A DNA stretch of 36,704 nt from Sphingobacteriaceae bacterium (GCA_023251695.1 JAHEYE010000024.1:1-36704), one strand, 5' to 3'; numbered from the stretch's first letter, positions 17,245-26,967 are shown. Numbers and translations are program-made. The notes: generated by a model from the letters alone, not told the origin.

Positions 17245-19790
17245 ATATAAAGTTTAGCTACATATTTTTATTTTGTCTGCTTTCGGCATCGGCTATGTTT
17301 TCACAAAAAGACACCGCATCATCACTAAATTACGCCGCACCTAAGGAATTTACAATTGGTGGCATTGAAGTAAGCGGTGCTAATTTTACAGATAAAAATG
17401 TAATCAAACTTTTATCCGGACTCGTTGCCGGCGACAAAATAAAAATTCCAGGTGATAAAACTTCTGATGCTATTAAAGCCCTGTGGAAACAAGGTTTGTT
17501 TGAGAATATTATTATTTATCAGGATAAAATAATAGGAAATGATGTTTTCCTAAGAATTGACATAACGGAGCGACCACGTTTATCGAAATTTTCCTTCAGG
17601 GGAAAGGTCCGCAAGAATGAAGCCGATGAGATAAGGGCGAAAATAAGATTGGTGCGTGAAAAAGTAGTAACCGATTACGCTTTGGGTTTTGTTCAAAACA
17701 CAGTGCGTGATTATTTTGTGAATAAAGGTTTTTACAACGCAAAAGTTAGCATTACACAAGAGGCCGACCGTACCACAAAAACACCGCACACTATTTTATA
17801 CATCAACGTAAGCCGCGGCAAAAAAGTGAGGATAAAAAATCTAAGCTTCCATGGCAATGAGCAGCTCGCCAGCTGGAAATTACGCCGCAAAATGGAAGAC
17901 AGTAAACCGTTCCGTTTTTACAATCCATTTAATTCAGGAAAATATTTAGAAGATAATCTCGACAAAGATTTACCGGCCGTTATTGCAAAATATAACAGTA
18001 AAGGTTATCGCGACGCACGTGTCATTCGGGATACCGTAACTTTTGTAAACCGTAAACGCGTGAACATTGATGTGTTTTTAGAAGAAGGTCACAAATTTTA
18101 TTTTGGTAAGTTTAAATGGTTCGGAAATACAAAATACAGAAGCGGTCAGCTAGATACAATTTTGAATATAAAATCGGGTGAAATTTTCGACCAAAGTCAT
18201 CTCGATCAAAAATTATTTAATAACCCGAATGGATTTGATATTTCCTCGCTTTATATGGATGATGGCTATTTATTTTATCAGGTAAATCCGCAAGAAGCAA
18301 ACATTCATAACGATACAATTGATTTCGATATTCACATGTATGAAGGCAAACAGGCCATCATTAATAAAGTTACTGTGAAGGGTAACGACAAAACCAACGA
18401 CCATGTAATCTATAGGGAAATCAGAACAAGGCCCGGACAATTATTCCGTCGTTCAGACATTATGCGAACCATCCGAGAATTATCGCAGTTGGGTTATTTT
18501 GATCCTGAAAAAATGGTCCCGGTGCCTATACCGAACCCCGCTGAAGGAACCGTTGATATTGAATATAGTGTAGAAGAAAAACCAAACGACCAGATTACGC
18601 TTTCGGGTGGCTGGGGCGGCGGTCGCTTAATTGGTACCCTTGGTGTTACGTTCAATAATTTCTCGATGCGAAATTTCTTTAAAAAAGAATACTGGAAACC
18701 GCTTCCCACAGGAGATGGTCAGCGTTTCAGTGTGCAGGCGCAAACGAATGGTTTGTATTATCAGTCGTATAATATTTCGTTTACTGAGCCTTGGCTTGGT
18801 GGTAAAAAACCAAACTCACTAACGGTTTCCGCCTTTCACTCAACCTTCTCTAACGGCGTAAAAAATAAAGTTAAAATTGATGGCGAAAAAGTATTGAATC
18901 CTCTAAGAAGTACGATGAACATCTGGGGCGGATCTTTAGGATTTGGCAAACGTTTAAAGTGGCCGGATGATTATTTTCAAATGTACACCAGCTTAAGCTA
19001 TAATTATTACGATCTATATAAATATCCATATTTTATTTTATCAACTGGCTATGCCAACGATGTTAATTTGGGTGTAAATATTTCCCGCAATTCGGTTGAT
19101 GCGCCTATCTATCCAAAAAACGGTTCTAATTTTGTTTTTCATGGTCAGTGGACGCCGCCTTATTCATCGTTTAACGGAAAAGATTATGCAATTTCCAACG
19201 CGCAGCAACGTTATAAATTTATCGAATATCACAAATATAAATTTACAGCCGAGTGGTTTACACAATTAACCAACAAACGCGCAGCCGAAGGAAAGGAAGC
19301 AAGAAACCTTGTGCTAAGAACCAAAGTTGGTTTTGGTTTCTTAACCTATTACAATAAAGATGTGGGCATCTCTCCGTTCGAACGCTTTTATTTGGGAGGT
19401 AGTGGATTAAGCGGTTATCAAAACTTCGTTGCCCGCGAAATTATCGGACTACGTGGTTATACTGACAATTCCTTATCCTCTGCATTAGGCGACCCAATTT
19501 GTTCGCGTTACACAATGGAATTAAGGTTCCCTGTAACATTGAACCCACAGGCAACTATATTTGTTTTAGGCTTTGCAGAGGCTGGAAATTCATGGTCCAA
19601 TTACAAACAATACAATCCGTTTCAGGTAAAGCGTAGCGCAGGATTTGGTCTGCGTGTGTTTTTACCAATGTTCGGATTATTGGGTGTTGACTATGGATGG
19701 GGATTTGATAATGTGCCGGGAAACTCGGGAATTGGAAACGGAAAAGGGCAATTCCATTTCACTATTGGCGGACAGCTTGGTGAGATGTAA
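17241..19790 (+). CDS. bamA: outer membrane protein assembly factor BamA
   Basis: Signal peptide MNIKFSYIFLFCLLSASAMFSQ from ATG 17241 (ATGA overlap with the uppS stop). POTRA-like repeats are followed by a C-terminal Omp85 barrel (RFYLGG..., GFGLRVFLPMFGLLGVDYGWGFD). The upstream 34 codons of the longest ORF overlap uppS and are rejected. Confidence 0.9.
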   Translation: MNIKFSYIFLFCLLSASAMFSQKDTASSLNYAAPKEFTIGGIEVSGANFTDKNVIKLLSGLVAGDKIKIPGDKTSDAIKALWKQGLFENIIIYQDKIIGNDVFLRIDITERPRLSKFSFRGKVRKNEADEIRAKIRLVREKVVTDYALGFVQNTVRDYFVNKGFYNAKVSITQEADRTTKTPHTILYINVSRGKKVRIKNLSFHGNEQLASWKLRRKMEDSKPFRFYNPFNSGKYLEDNLDKDLPAVIAKYNSKGYRDARVIRDTVTFVNRKRVNIDVFLEEGHKFYFGKFKWFGNTKYRSGQLDTILNIKSGEIFDQSHLDQKLFNNPNGFDISSLYMDDGYLFYQVNPQEANIHNDTIDFDIHMYEGKQAIINKVTVKGNDKTNDHVIYREIRTRPGQLFRRSDIMRTIRELSQLGYFDPEKMVPVPIPNPAEGTVDIEYSVEEKPNDQITLSGGWGGGRLIGTLGVTFNNFSMRNFFKKEYWKPLPTGDGQRFSVQAQTNGLYYQSYNISFTEPWLGGKKPNSLTVSAFHSTFSNGVKNKVKIDGEKVLNPLRSTMNIWGGSLGFGKRLKWPDDYFQMYTSLSYNYYDLYKYPYFILSTGYANDVNLGVNISRNSVDAPIYPKNGSNFVFHGQWTPPYSSFNGKDYAISNAQQRYKFIEYHKYKFTAEWFTQLTNKRAAEGKEARNLVLRTKVGFGFLTYYNKDVGISPFERFYLGGSGLSGYQNFVAREIIGLRGYTDNSLSSALGDPICSRYTMELRFPVTLNPQATIFVLGFAEAGNSWSNYKQYNPFQVKRSAGFGLRVFLPMFGLLGVDYGWGFDNVPGNSGIGNGKGQFHFTIGGQLGEM

Positions 19791-19867
19791 TGTAAAAAAT
19801 GTTAATTTGAAGGAATTCCGTATCTTGGCACAGCTTATGATTGCTTAATAATTAAAAACAATAAAAG

Positions 19868-20386
19868 ATGAAAAAGATTATTTCGGTTTTAGCGATTGTA
19901 GCATTAAGTAGTTTTGCTCTTAAGGCTCAAAAAATCGGTTATGTTGATACCGATTATATCCTCACTAGTATTCCTGAATATAAGGCAGCACAGGGGGAAA
20001 TTGATAAATTATCGGTGGATTGGCAAAAGGAAGTTGAGGCCAAATACACTGAGATTGATAAACTCTATAAAGCTTATCAGGCCGATGCTATTTTATTGAC
20101 CGATGATATGAAGAAAAAACGCGAGAACGAAATTATCAATAAAGAAAAGGAAGTAAAAGAATTACAAAAACAACGTTTTGGGGTTGACGGGGAATTATTC
20201 AAGAAGCGTCAGGAAATGGTAAAACCACTTCAGGATAAAATCTATAACGCGGTTAAAGCTGTTGCTGAACGCGGTGGTTTAGCTATCATTTTAGATAAAG
20301 CGGGACAAGTATCGATTCTTTACGCTAATACAAAATACGATAAGAGTGAAGATGTACTGACCTATATGGGATATAATAAAAAATAA
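19868..20386 (+). CDS. OmpH/Skp family periplasmic chaperone (copy 1)
   Basis: Signal peptide, then QKIGYVDTDYIL and a long K/E-rich coiled region. The position immediately after bamA is canonical. Confidence 0.8.
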   Translation: MKKIISVLAIVALSSFALKAQKIGYVDTDYILTSIPEYKAAQGEIDKLSVDWQKEVEAKYTEIDKLYKAYQADAILLTDDMKKKRENEIINKEKEVKELQKQRFGVDGELFKKRQEMVKPLQDKIYNAVKAVAERGGLAIILDKAGQVSILYANTKYDKSEDVLTYMGYNKK

Positions 20387-20403
20387 AACAGCAATTAACA
20401 GAT

Positions 20404-20982
20404 ATGAAAACAACAATGAAAAAGGCGGCCCTTGTATTTTTTGCGGTTGCGGCCTTTATGGCGAATGCTCAAAAAGTAGCGCATCTGCATTTGGATTCTT
20501 TGTCCAACCTGATGCCTGAAACTAAAACAGCAAAGGGCGTTGCTGAGGCTTATTTCAATGATTTGAAAAAAACAGTTTCTTCAATGGAAGAAGAGTTTCA
20601 GAAAAAATATAACGACTACCTGCAAAATGAAGCCACGATGAACGATTTGGTAAAAAAAACAAAGCAGGATGAATTGCAGTCGCTACAAACCCGCATTCAG
20701 GATTTTAATCAGCAAGCTCAGGCGGATTATCAGAAAAAATCGGCTGAGTTAACCGCTCCAATTATGGAGAAAGCCAAAAAAGCCATAGAAGCTGTTGCAA
20801 AAGAAAATGGTTATAAATATGTTTTGGACACTAGTGCAGGAAACGTTTTGTATTCGGAAGCAAGTGAAGATATTCTGTTAACGGTAAAAAAGAAATTGGA
20901 TTCAATGCCACTGGCGAATATTCCCGGAGCAAATCCTGAAAAACCAAAAACTAATCCCGGCCCCGCAAAAGGAGGCAAATAA
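20404..20982 (+). CDS. OmpH/Skp family periplasmic chaperone (copy 2)
   Basis: Signal peptide, coiled-coil body, GYKYVLDTS block and a Pro/Lys-rich tail ending GGK. Confidence 0.8.
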   Translation: MKTTMKKAALVFFAVAAFMANAQKVAHLHLDSLSNLMPETKTAKGVAEAYFNDLKKTVSSMEEEFQKKYNDYLQNEATMNDLVKKTKQDELQSLQTRIQDFNQQAQADYQKKSAELTAPIMEKAKKAIEAVAKENGYKYVLDTSAGNVLYSEASEDILLTVKKKLDSMPLANIPGANPEKPKTNPGPAKGGK

Positions 20983-21004
20983 TAATTTTATAAAAAATTA
21001 AAAA

Positions 21005-21601
21005 ATGAATAAGACATTAATAAAAATAGTATCGGTTGCCTTGTTTACATTAGGAAGTTTTTCTTTTGCAAGTGCACAAAAAATGGCTCATATAGAACTA
21101 GATTCGTTAGTAAGCATGATGCCCGAAACCAAAACTGCTAAAGATGTGGCACAAGCCTATTGGAAAGATTTGGAAAAAACGGTTATCAGTATGGATAATG
21201 AATTTCAAACCAAATACAACGATTACCTGAGTGCTCAGGCAACCATGAGCGAATTGATAAAAAAAACAAAAGAAGATGAATTGCAGTCATTGCAAAGACG
21301 TATTGAAGATTTTAAACAGCAGGCTCAAATGGATTACCAAAAAAAATCGGCTGAACTTACGGCTCCTATCATGGAGAAAGCCAAAAAGGGTATTGAAGCA
21401 GTATCTAAAGAAGGCGGATACAAGTATGTTCTTGACACCAGTACGGGTAATATTCTTTATTCCGATCCTGCAGATGATATTTTGATGGCAGTGAAAAAGA
21501 AACTTGACTCGATGCCTTTAGCTACGATTCCGGGTGCCGGTGCAACCGAAAAGCCAAAAACAAATACACCAAAGACAACACCAAAAACCGGCGGTAAATA
21601 A
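21005..21601 (+). CDS. OmpH/Skp family periplasmic chaperone (copy 3, recent paralog of copy 2)
   Basis: About 70% aa identity to copy 2 by eye, including the identical run DYQKKSAELTAPIMEKAKK. Confidence 0.8.
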   Translation: MNKTLIKIVSVALFTLGSFSFASAQKMAHIELDSLVSMMPETKTAKDVAQAYWKDLEKTVISMDNEFQTKYNDYLSAQATMSELIKKTKEDELQSLQRRIEDFKQQAQMDYQKKSAELTAPIMEKAKKGIEAVSKEGGYKYVLDTSTGNILYSDPADDILMAVKKKLDSMPLATIPGAGATEKPKTNTPKTTPKTGGK

Positions 21602-21620
21602 CATTTATTATATTATTACA

Positions 21621-21651
21621 AAAACCCTCCCTGTTAAGCGGAGGGTTTTTT
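21621..21651 (+). terminator. Rho-independent terminator after the bamA-skp array
   Basis: AAAA, then stem CCCTCC (21625-21630) / GGAGGG (21640-21645) with a 9-nt loop, followed by T6 (21646-21651). Confidence 0.7.
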
Positions 21652-21666
21652 ATTTGTATATTTATC

Positions 21667-22014
21667 GTGCTGAAAACTGTTTTTAAAATAATTATTTCAC
21701 TTGCTTTTTTTATTTCCTGTAAAGGAGAAAGAAAAGAAAACCAAATTCCTGACAATGTTTTGGATATGGAAAAATTCAGCGATGTTATTGTAGATTTTTC
21801 TCTTGCTGAATCGGCTGCAGGTATTAACATTGTTAGTACGCCCGGACAAAGAATTGATACCGTATATGCTTTTAATCCTTTACTAGATAATAATGTGAAG
21901 CGCGTTACGTTTGATACAACGCTTTATTTTTATAGTCACCACCCGAAATTGTTTAAAGAAGTTTATTTGCTGGCACTCGAGAAGCTAAGCCGAATTCAGG
22001 CTTCGCATAAATAG
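21667..22014 (+). CDS. small lipoprotein (DUF4296-like)
   Basis: GTG start. Lipobox FFISC, then VLDMEKFSDVIVDFSLAESA, typical of the remembered DUF4296 pattern. The first in-frame ATG would delete the signal peptide. Confidence 0.5.
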   Translation: MLKTVFKIIISLAFFISCKGERKENQIPDNVLDMEKFSDVIVDFSLAESAAGINIVSTPGQRIDTVYAFNPLLDNNVKRVTFDTTLYFYSHHPKLFKEVYLLALEKLSRIQASHK

Positions 22015-22015
22015 A

Positions 22016-23347
22016 TTATTTTCCGCGCAGCAACCAATCGGCTGGATCCATTGTTTTCTGACCTTTCCAGATTTGGAGATTTAATGAAGATTTTCCTTCA
22101 TCTTCGTTATGTAAAACAGTACCGATACTTTGTTTCAAGATTACTTTCTCTCCTGTTTTCACGCTTACATCACTAATGTTAGAGTACACGCTTAAGTATT
22201 CACCATGACGGATAATGACAAGTTTTCCTCCAGTTGGTGAAATTGATATAGCTGTTACTTCTCCTTCAAATACGGCACGGGCCTGAGCGCCCATCGAAGA
22301 ACAAATTTCAACACCATTGTTAAACATCATAAATCCTTTTATGGCCGGATGTTCGTGTTCGCCATAGGGCTCGCATATATATCCTTTGGTCACAGGCCAT
22401 GGTAATTTTCCCCGGTTATTCGCAAAATCATTACTCAGTTCCACCGCCTCTTCGCTTAATTCGGGGATAACCTGATTATTTTTCACTTCTTTATTGTCTT
22501 TTATTTTTTTAGGATTCTTCTTTTCAGGCGCTTTTTTAGCTGCAACTGCTGCGGCCTCTTTTGCCGCTTCATCCGCTTTACGTTTTATTTCATCAGCAAT
22601 CAATTTTTTAATCGCCAACTGTAAATTTTCGGCGTCGCGTTTTTTCTTTTCCAATTCATCTTTAAGTTGTTTTTCCTTTTGCTGAAGTTCAGTTAATACA
22701 ATTTCCTGGCCTTCTTTTTCTTTATTCAGATTTCCCTTTTCTTCCTCTTCACTTCCCAACAAAACATTTTTTTCATGCCGCTTTTCTTTCAGCTCATTTA
22801 TTTTTACAATTAAAAGCGCCTGCGCATTCATAATCTCCTCTGCTTGTTTCTTTCTGAATTGGGAGTACTGCTGGAAATATTTTAAACGCATATACGCCTG
22901 GTTAAAATCGCCTGACGCAAAAATAAAAACCAGTCTGCTATATGAATCGCGATTCCGCTCAGCGAAATAAATCATGCGGGCATAGTCATCTTTCAGTTTA
23001 GTTAAATTTTCCTTTAACTTATCAATTTCTTTCTCGTTGCGTTTAATCCCCTTGTTCAGCTGATGGATCTCCGCCATAATAGTACTTATTAACTCCTCGC
23101 GGATACTTATTTTTTTATTGATAGCGACAAGCTGATTAAGGGAAGCCTTTTTCCCAACTTTAGTTTCGCTCAGTAATGAATTGATTTCGTTGATCTCCTC
23201 GTTCAGTTTTTTCTTTTTATTCTCAAGGGTTTGTTTTGTTTGAGGTGGCTTGGTTTGCGAAAACCCATTAGAAAAATAAACCCAACAAAAAACCAACAAA
23301 ATCCAAACAGGCTTTGCACTATGGTTTTTTAACTGGAATAGGCTCAT
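22016..23347 (-). CDS. EnvC-like murein hydrolase activator (coiled coil + degenerate LytM/M23 domain)
   Basis: Signal peptide, a ~280-aa K/E-rich coiled coil, and a C-terminal M23 fold (LPWPV...GVEI...VIIRHGEYLSVYSN...LNLQIW). All the zinc-ligand positions are substituted. Confidence 0.8.
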   Translation of the reverse strand: MSLFQLKNHSAKPVWILLVFCWVYFSNGFSQTKPPQTKQTLENKKKKLNEEINEINSLLSETKVGKKASLNQLVAINKKISIREELISTIMAEIHQLNKGIKRNEKEIDKLKENLTKLKDDYARMIYFAERNRDSYSRLVFIFASGDFNQAYMRLKYFQQYSQFRKKQAEEIMNAQALLIVKINELKEKRHEKNVLLGSEEEEKGNLNKEKEGQEIVLTELQQKEKQLKDELEKKKRDAENLQLAIKKLIADEIKRKADEAAKEAAAVAAKKAPEKKNPKKIKDNKEVKNNQVIPELSEEAVELSNDFANNRGKLPWPVTKGYICEPYGEHEHPAIKGFMMFNNGVEICSSMGAQARAVFEGEVTAISISPTGGKLVIIRHGEYLSVYSNISDVSVKTGEKVILKQSIGTVLHNEDEGKSSLNLQIWKGQKTMDPADWLLRGK

Positions 23348-24203
23348 ACTTTGTCGGTATGTTTATGCTAATCTTTTGTGGTACATTTTTCTCAACACGA
23401 ACATAGTCAATTTTAAGGCTCACTTTCTTCTCCGCTACTATGTCAATATTAACATGGCGTGGTGCATAAACCGAGTCGGTTTTAGCAGGGTACTTTTCAT
23501 AGCTCGCTGTAAACGTACGGTTTGTTTCTATATCAATAAACTCATTCCTAAGTATTTTAAACGACTCAGGGTCGAGCGTCATTACCTGTAGCGATTTTTT
23601 TGGTTCCTGCCCCTGGTTAATTTTTCTCAATCTTCTCTTTCTTTCTGTACTTAGTAAATAACGGCAATTTTGCCGGTCGGTTACAGGCTTTAACTTATCA
23701 TCATCGTCATGAAACTCGGCGCTATTTCCAAACAAAACGGCTTGTAATAAATCAAAATCCAAATCAGCATGCAGTAATTCGTTAATATAATTAAAATCGC
23801 CCCTGAAATATTGCTTTTTAGGGTATACGACCATTTTAACTGAATCCCGAGTTATTAAAACCTTTGCCACTTCAATTCCCAATAAATACTGAATAGAAAC
23901 AAGCATGGCGCTGTCTTTTCTAATCCTCACTTTGATATCGAAACTTTCTTCTTTGCCATCGATAACCGATTCAACATTTGCTTTTGCATACATCCAATTG
24001 TAGGTCAATTCGTTTTCCTTAATGTATTTTGACAAGGCTTTCGAGTTTTTGAAGTCGAGCTTACAACGGTCGTTTGTGGTATCAATTACAGCAACGTTCT
24101 GATTTTTATTTTTCTGTGATTTGCGTTTTGTTTTGCAGGCATTGAACGAAAATAAAATAAAAAAACAGGCAAGCAGATAGATATGTAGTTGTTTCTTATT
24201 CAC
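23319..24203 (-). CDS. lipoprotein (DUF4292-like)
   Basis: Lipobox SFNAC23. Size and position between the TPR protein and the M23-like protein match a cluster I remember as conserved in Bacteroidota. The DUF assignment is from memory only. Confidence 0.5.
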   Translation of the reverse strand: MNKKQLHIYLLACFFILFSFNACKTKRKSQKNKNQNVAVIDTTNDRCKLDFKNSKALSKYIKENELTYNWMYAKANVESVIDGKEESFDIKVRIRKDSAMLVSIQYLLGIEVAKVLITRDSVKMVVYPKKQYFRGDFNYINELLHADLDFDLLQAVLFGNSAEFHDDDDKLKPVTDRQNCRYLLSTERKRRLRKINQGQEPKKSLQVMTLDPESFKILRNEFIDIETNRTFTASYEKYPAKTDSVYAPRHVNIDIVAEKKVSLKIDYVRVEKNVPQKISINIPTKYEPIPVKKP

Positions 24204-25941
24204 CTAATTTTTTTGTGCTTATTTTTTTTAATAAAGATTCGGAGCTGCCTCCTGCTTCATTCGATTTCTTCCAGTACTTTAATGCTTCTTCCGGTTTACC
24301 CAACCTAAACAAAACATCCCCGTAATGTTCTAAAATAAGCTGACGTTTCGGGGCCAGTTTAACAGCTCTCACCAACCACTCTTCTGATTCGGCATATTTG
24401 GCCTGCTGAAATAAGATCCAACCGTAGGTATCGATATAAGATGCGTTTTCACGGACCAGATCATTGCTACGCTTTGAGAGTTTTTCTGCCCGGTCCAATT
24501 TTTCCTTCCGCATTGAAAGATAATAAGCGTAATTATTCAATACATAGGCATCGTCAGGATTAATTTTCAATGCATCATCGTATGCTTTGTCAGATTTATC
24601 ATATTCTTCTAAAAAACTGTAAACGTCACCAAGGTTCGTATAAAAATTCAACATTAAACTTTTGTCTTCAAAAACAAATTCTAGTCCATCATAAAAAGAC
24701 TGGGCTGACTTTTTGTAGTTGCGCATCTGCCGGTTGGCGACACCATTAAAATAATAGGGTTGCGCCTGGTTAGGAAATAATTCCATGGCCTCATCACTAT
24801 GTTTTTCAAGTGAATCAAATTTTTGCAAATACGATTCAAGACTTAAAAATTCATCCCAAACATGATAGGATGTTTTGGTGTACTTTGAAGCAAGATAATA
24901 CTGAAGATACGCTTCATCTAATTTTTTATCGCTCGCCAAAAAACGGGCATAATACGCGTGTGCTTCTGAAGAGGTGGGATTTACTTTTAAAACAACATCA
25001 CATAACTCGAAAGCTTTTGGTAGAAACTCAGGAAAGCGTTCAGAGACTTCCAAATAAAACTGAAGGTATTTAACTTTTACTTCTACTTCTAAATCAGGAT
25101 TAGCTAAAGCCGTTTTCAGTTCGCTGTGTGATTCTTCAGCTTTACCTTGTTCTTTGTAATATTCCGCCATTACCAGATGAACTCTAGGATTTCCCGGATC
25201 CATAACAAGCAATTTATCGTAAATTCCTTTTGCTTGCGAAAAATCATTCATGTCTTCGTAATGCTCTGCGAGATATAAATAATAACGGGGCTCCTGAGGA
25301 TTTAACTCGATCATTTTCATTAACTCAGCTTCTGCGTCACTAAATCGTCTTAACTGTTTTAATAATTTTATTTTGTTAAGCGTGATGATCTCTTCTTTAC
25401 CGTAACGCTTTTCCAGATCATCATAGATTTTGAATGCCTTACTGAAATTCTTACTCATCGCGTAATCGTAGGCCATTGCTTCAAGTAAATCACTTCTTTC
25501 CGGAAAATTTTTAATTAATTTTTCATATGCCTCTGCAGCCCCCGCGAAATCTTTTTTCAAATGAAGCACTTCAATATAGGCTAAATGATACCACTGATTT
25601 TTTTGATCGATTTCGATGGCTTCTTTCGCCATCTTAGCTGCTTCGTCAAGCCTATTTGTCAAGGGCAAAAGTTTCGATAGTTCGTATTTCACAGCTGCAT
25701 TCTGCGAGTCATATTTTAAACATTCCCTGAATAAACGTTCAGCAGCTTCGGGCTTGCCTGCAATTTTTTCACGGCAAGCTTCAATGTAGGTTGCTTCTAA
25801 AATAATTCTGGTTTTTTCATCAAAACCTGTTTTTGCGGCGGTATTCGCGGTTACATTTGCTGAAGTTTTGCATGACACAAAACTAAGCGCGTAAAAAAAT
25901 AAACCGCAACAAAAAAGAGAGTATGAAATTGCTTTATACAA
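24196..25941 (-). CDS. tetratricopeptide-repeat lipoprotein
   Basis: Lipobox SFVSC, followed by many 34-aa TPR-like units (A..Y..A/L...P patterns throughout). Confidence 0.8.
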   Translation of the reverse strand: MYKAISYSLFCCGLFFYALSFVSCKTSANVTANTAAKTGFDEKTRIILEATYIEACREKIAGKPEAAERLFRECLKYDSQNAAVKYELSKLLPLTNRLDEAAKMAKEAIEIDQKNQWYHLAYIEVLHLKKDFAGAAEAYEKLIKNFPERSDLLEAMAYDYAMSKNFSKAFKIYDDLEKRYGKEEIITLNKIKLLKQLRRFSDAEAELMKMIELNPQEPRYYLYLAEHYEDMNDFSQAKGIYDKLLVMDPGNPRVHLVMAEYYKEQGKAEESHSELKTALANPDLEVEVKVKYLQFYLEVSERFPEFLPKAFELCDVVLKVNPTSSEAHAYYARFLASDKKLDEAYLQYYLASKYTKTSYHVWDEFLSLESYLQKFDSLEKHSDEAMELFPNQAQPYYFNGVANRQMRNYKKSAQSFYDGLEFVFEDKSLMLNFYTNLGDVYSFLEEYDKSDKAYDDALKINPDDAYVLNNYAYYLSMRKEKLDRAEKLSKRSNDLVRENASYIDTYGWILFQQAKYAESEEWLVRAVKLAPKRQLILEHYGDVLFRLGKPEEALKYWKKSNEAGGSSESLLKKISTKKLGE

Positions 25942-26944
25942 TAATTTGCGTGTAATCGCTTATGCTTAAATCTAAATGTTTTCCTTTTACTTCCGCGCCT
26001 TCGCCAATCATGCTGTTACTAACATTCGCATGAATCAATTTGGCTGCGGGCTGGATGATTGAGTTTTTAATGATGCTTGTATCTATTATGGTGTTTGCGC
26101 CAACACTAACATGCGGCCCCACAATAGAATTTGATATGCGTACGCTATCACCAATAAAGCAGGGCTCAATAATAATACTATTATTTACCTCAACATTTTT
26201 TCCGCGCAAAAATGCTTTACCCTTATCAAATTCTAATACCCGTTGGTTTGTATAAACTGTTGCGTCTTTATTCCCGCAATCCAACCACTCTGTTACTTTA
26301 CCGGGTTCGAATTTTATTCCCTTGGCTTTCATGTTTTCCAAAGCATTGGTTAATTGAAATTCTCCTTTTTCAGTAATATTATTATCCAATAAATACTTGA
26401 GTTCGCTTTTCAAATTATCACCATCTTTGAAATAATAAATTCCTATAATTGCCAAATCACTTACAAAATCAACCGGCTTTTCCACAAAATCTGTAATCAC
26501 TCCTTTGTTATCTAATTTAACGACACCGAACTGACGCGGGTCTTCAATTTTTTGCACCCATATAACACCTTCTTTATTGGTGTCCATTACAAAATCTGCT
26601 TTAAAAAGTGTATCGGCAAAAGCTACAACTGTTTTCCCGGTAATTGATTTTTCGGCACACATGATGGCGTGTGCAGTGCCTAATGCTTTATCCTGATAAT
26701 ATATGCTTCCCCTCGCGCCTTGTCCTTCGGCAATTTTAATAAGATTACTTTCGGTCTCCTTTCCATAATCGCTGCCAATAACAAAAGCAATTTCCTCAAC
26801 TTTTTGTCCACACACTTTTGTAATGTCTTCAACCAGTCGTTGTACAATTGGTTTTCCGCCTACGGGTATGAGCGGCTTGGCCAGCGTTAAGGTATGCGGA
26901 CGCATCCGCTTTCCTTTACCTGCCATTGGAATAATAATACGCAT
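25934..26944 (-). CDS. sugar-phosphate nucleotidyltransferase with C-terminal left-handed beta-helix
   Basis: N-terminal MRIIIPMAGKGKRMRP...KPLIPVGGKPI signature of NTP_transferase. The C-terminus has hexapeptide-like repeats (IGDSVRISNSIVGPHVSVGANTIID). Confidence 0.8.
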   Translation of the reverse strand: MRIIIPMAGKGKRMRPHTLTLAKPLIPVGGKPIVQRLVEDITKVCGQKVEEIAFVIGSDYGKETESNLIKIAEGQGARGSIYYQDKALGTAHAIMCAEKSITGKTVVAFADTLFKADFVMDTNKEGVIWVQKIEDPRQFGVVKLDNKGVITDFVEKPVDFVSDLAIIGIYYFKDGDNLKSELKYLLDNNITEKGEFQLTNALENMKAKGIKFEPGKVTEWLDCGNKDATVYTNQRVLEFDKGKAFLRGKNVEVNNSIIIEPCFIGDSVRISNSIVGPHVSVGANTIIDTSIIKNSIIQPAAKLIHANVSNSMIGEGAEVKGKHLDLSISDYTQIIV

Positions 26945-26967
26945 AAAATAACTAAATCAATTGATTA

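Noticed and set aside
21522-21830. 102-aa minus-strand ORF spanning the skp3 3' end, the terminator and the DUF4296-like 5' end
   Set aside because: It crosses a strong terminator hairpin and overlaps two better-supported plus-strand genes. It has no recognisable features.
22494-22685. 63-aa plus-strand ORF rich in Ala/Ser/Phe, antisense to the EnvC-like gene
   Set aside because: It is the mirror image of the K/E/A-rich coiled-coil coding region, a compositional artefact.
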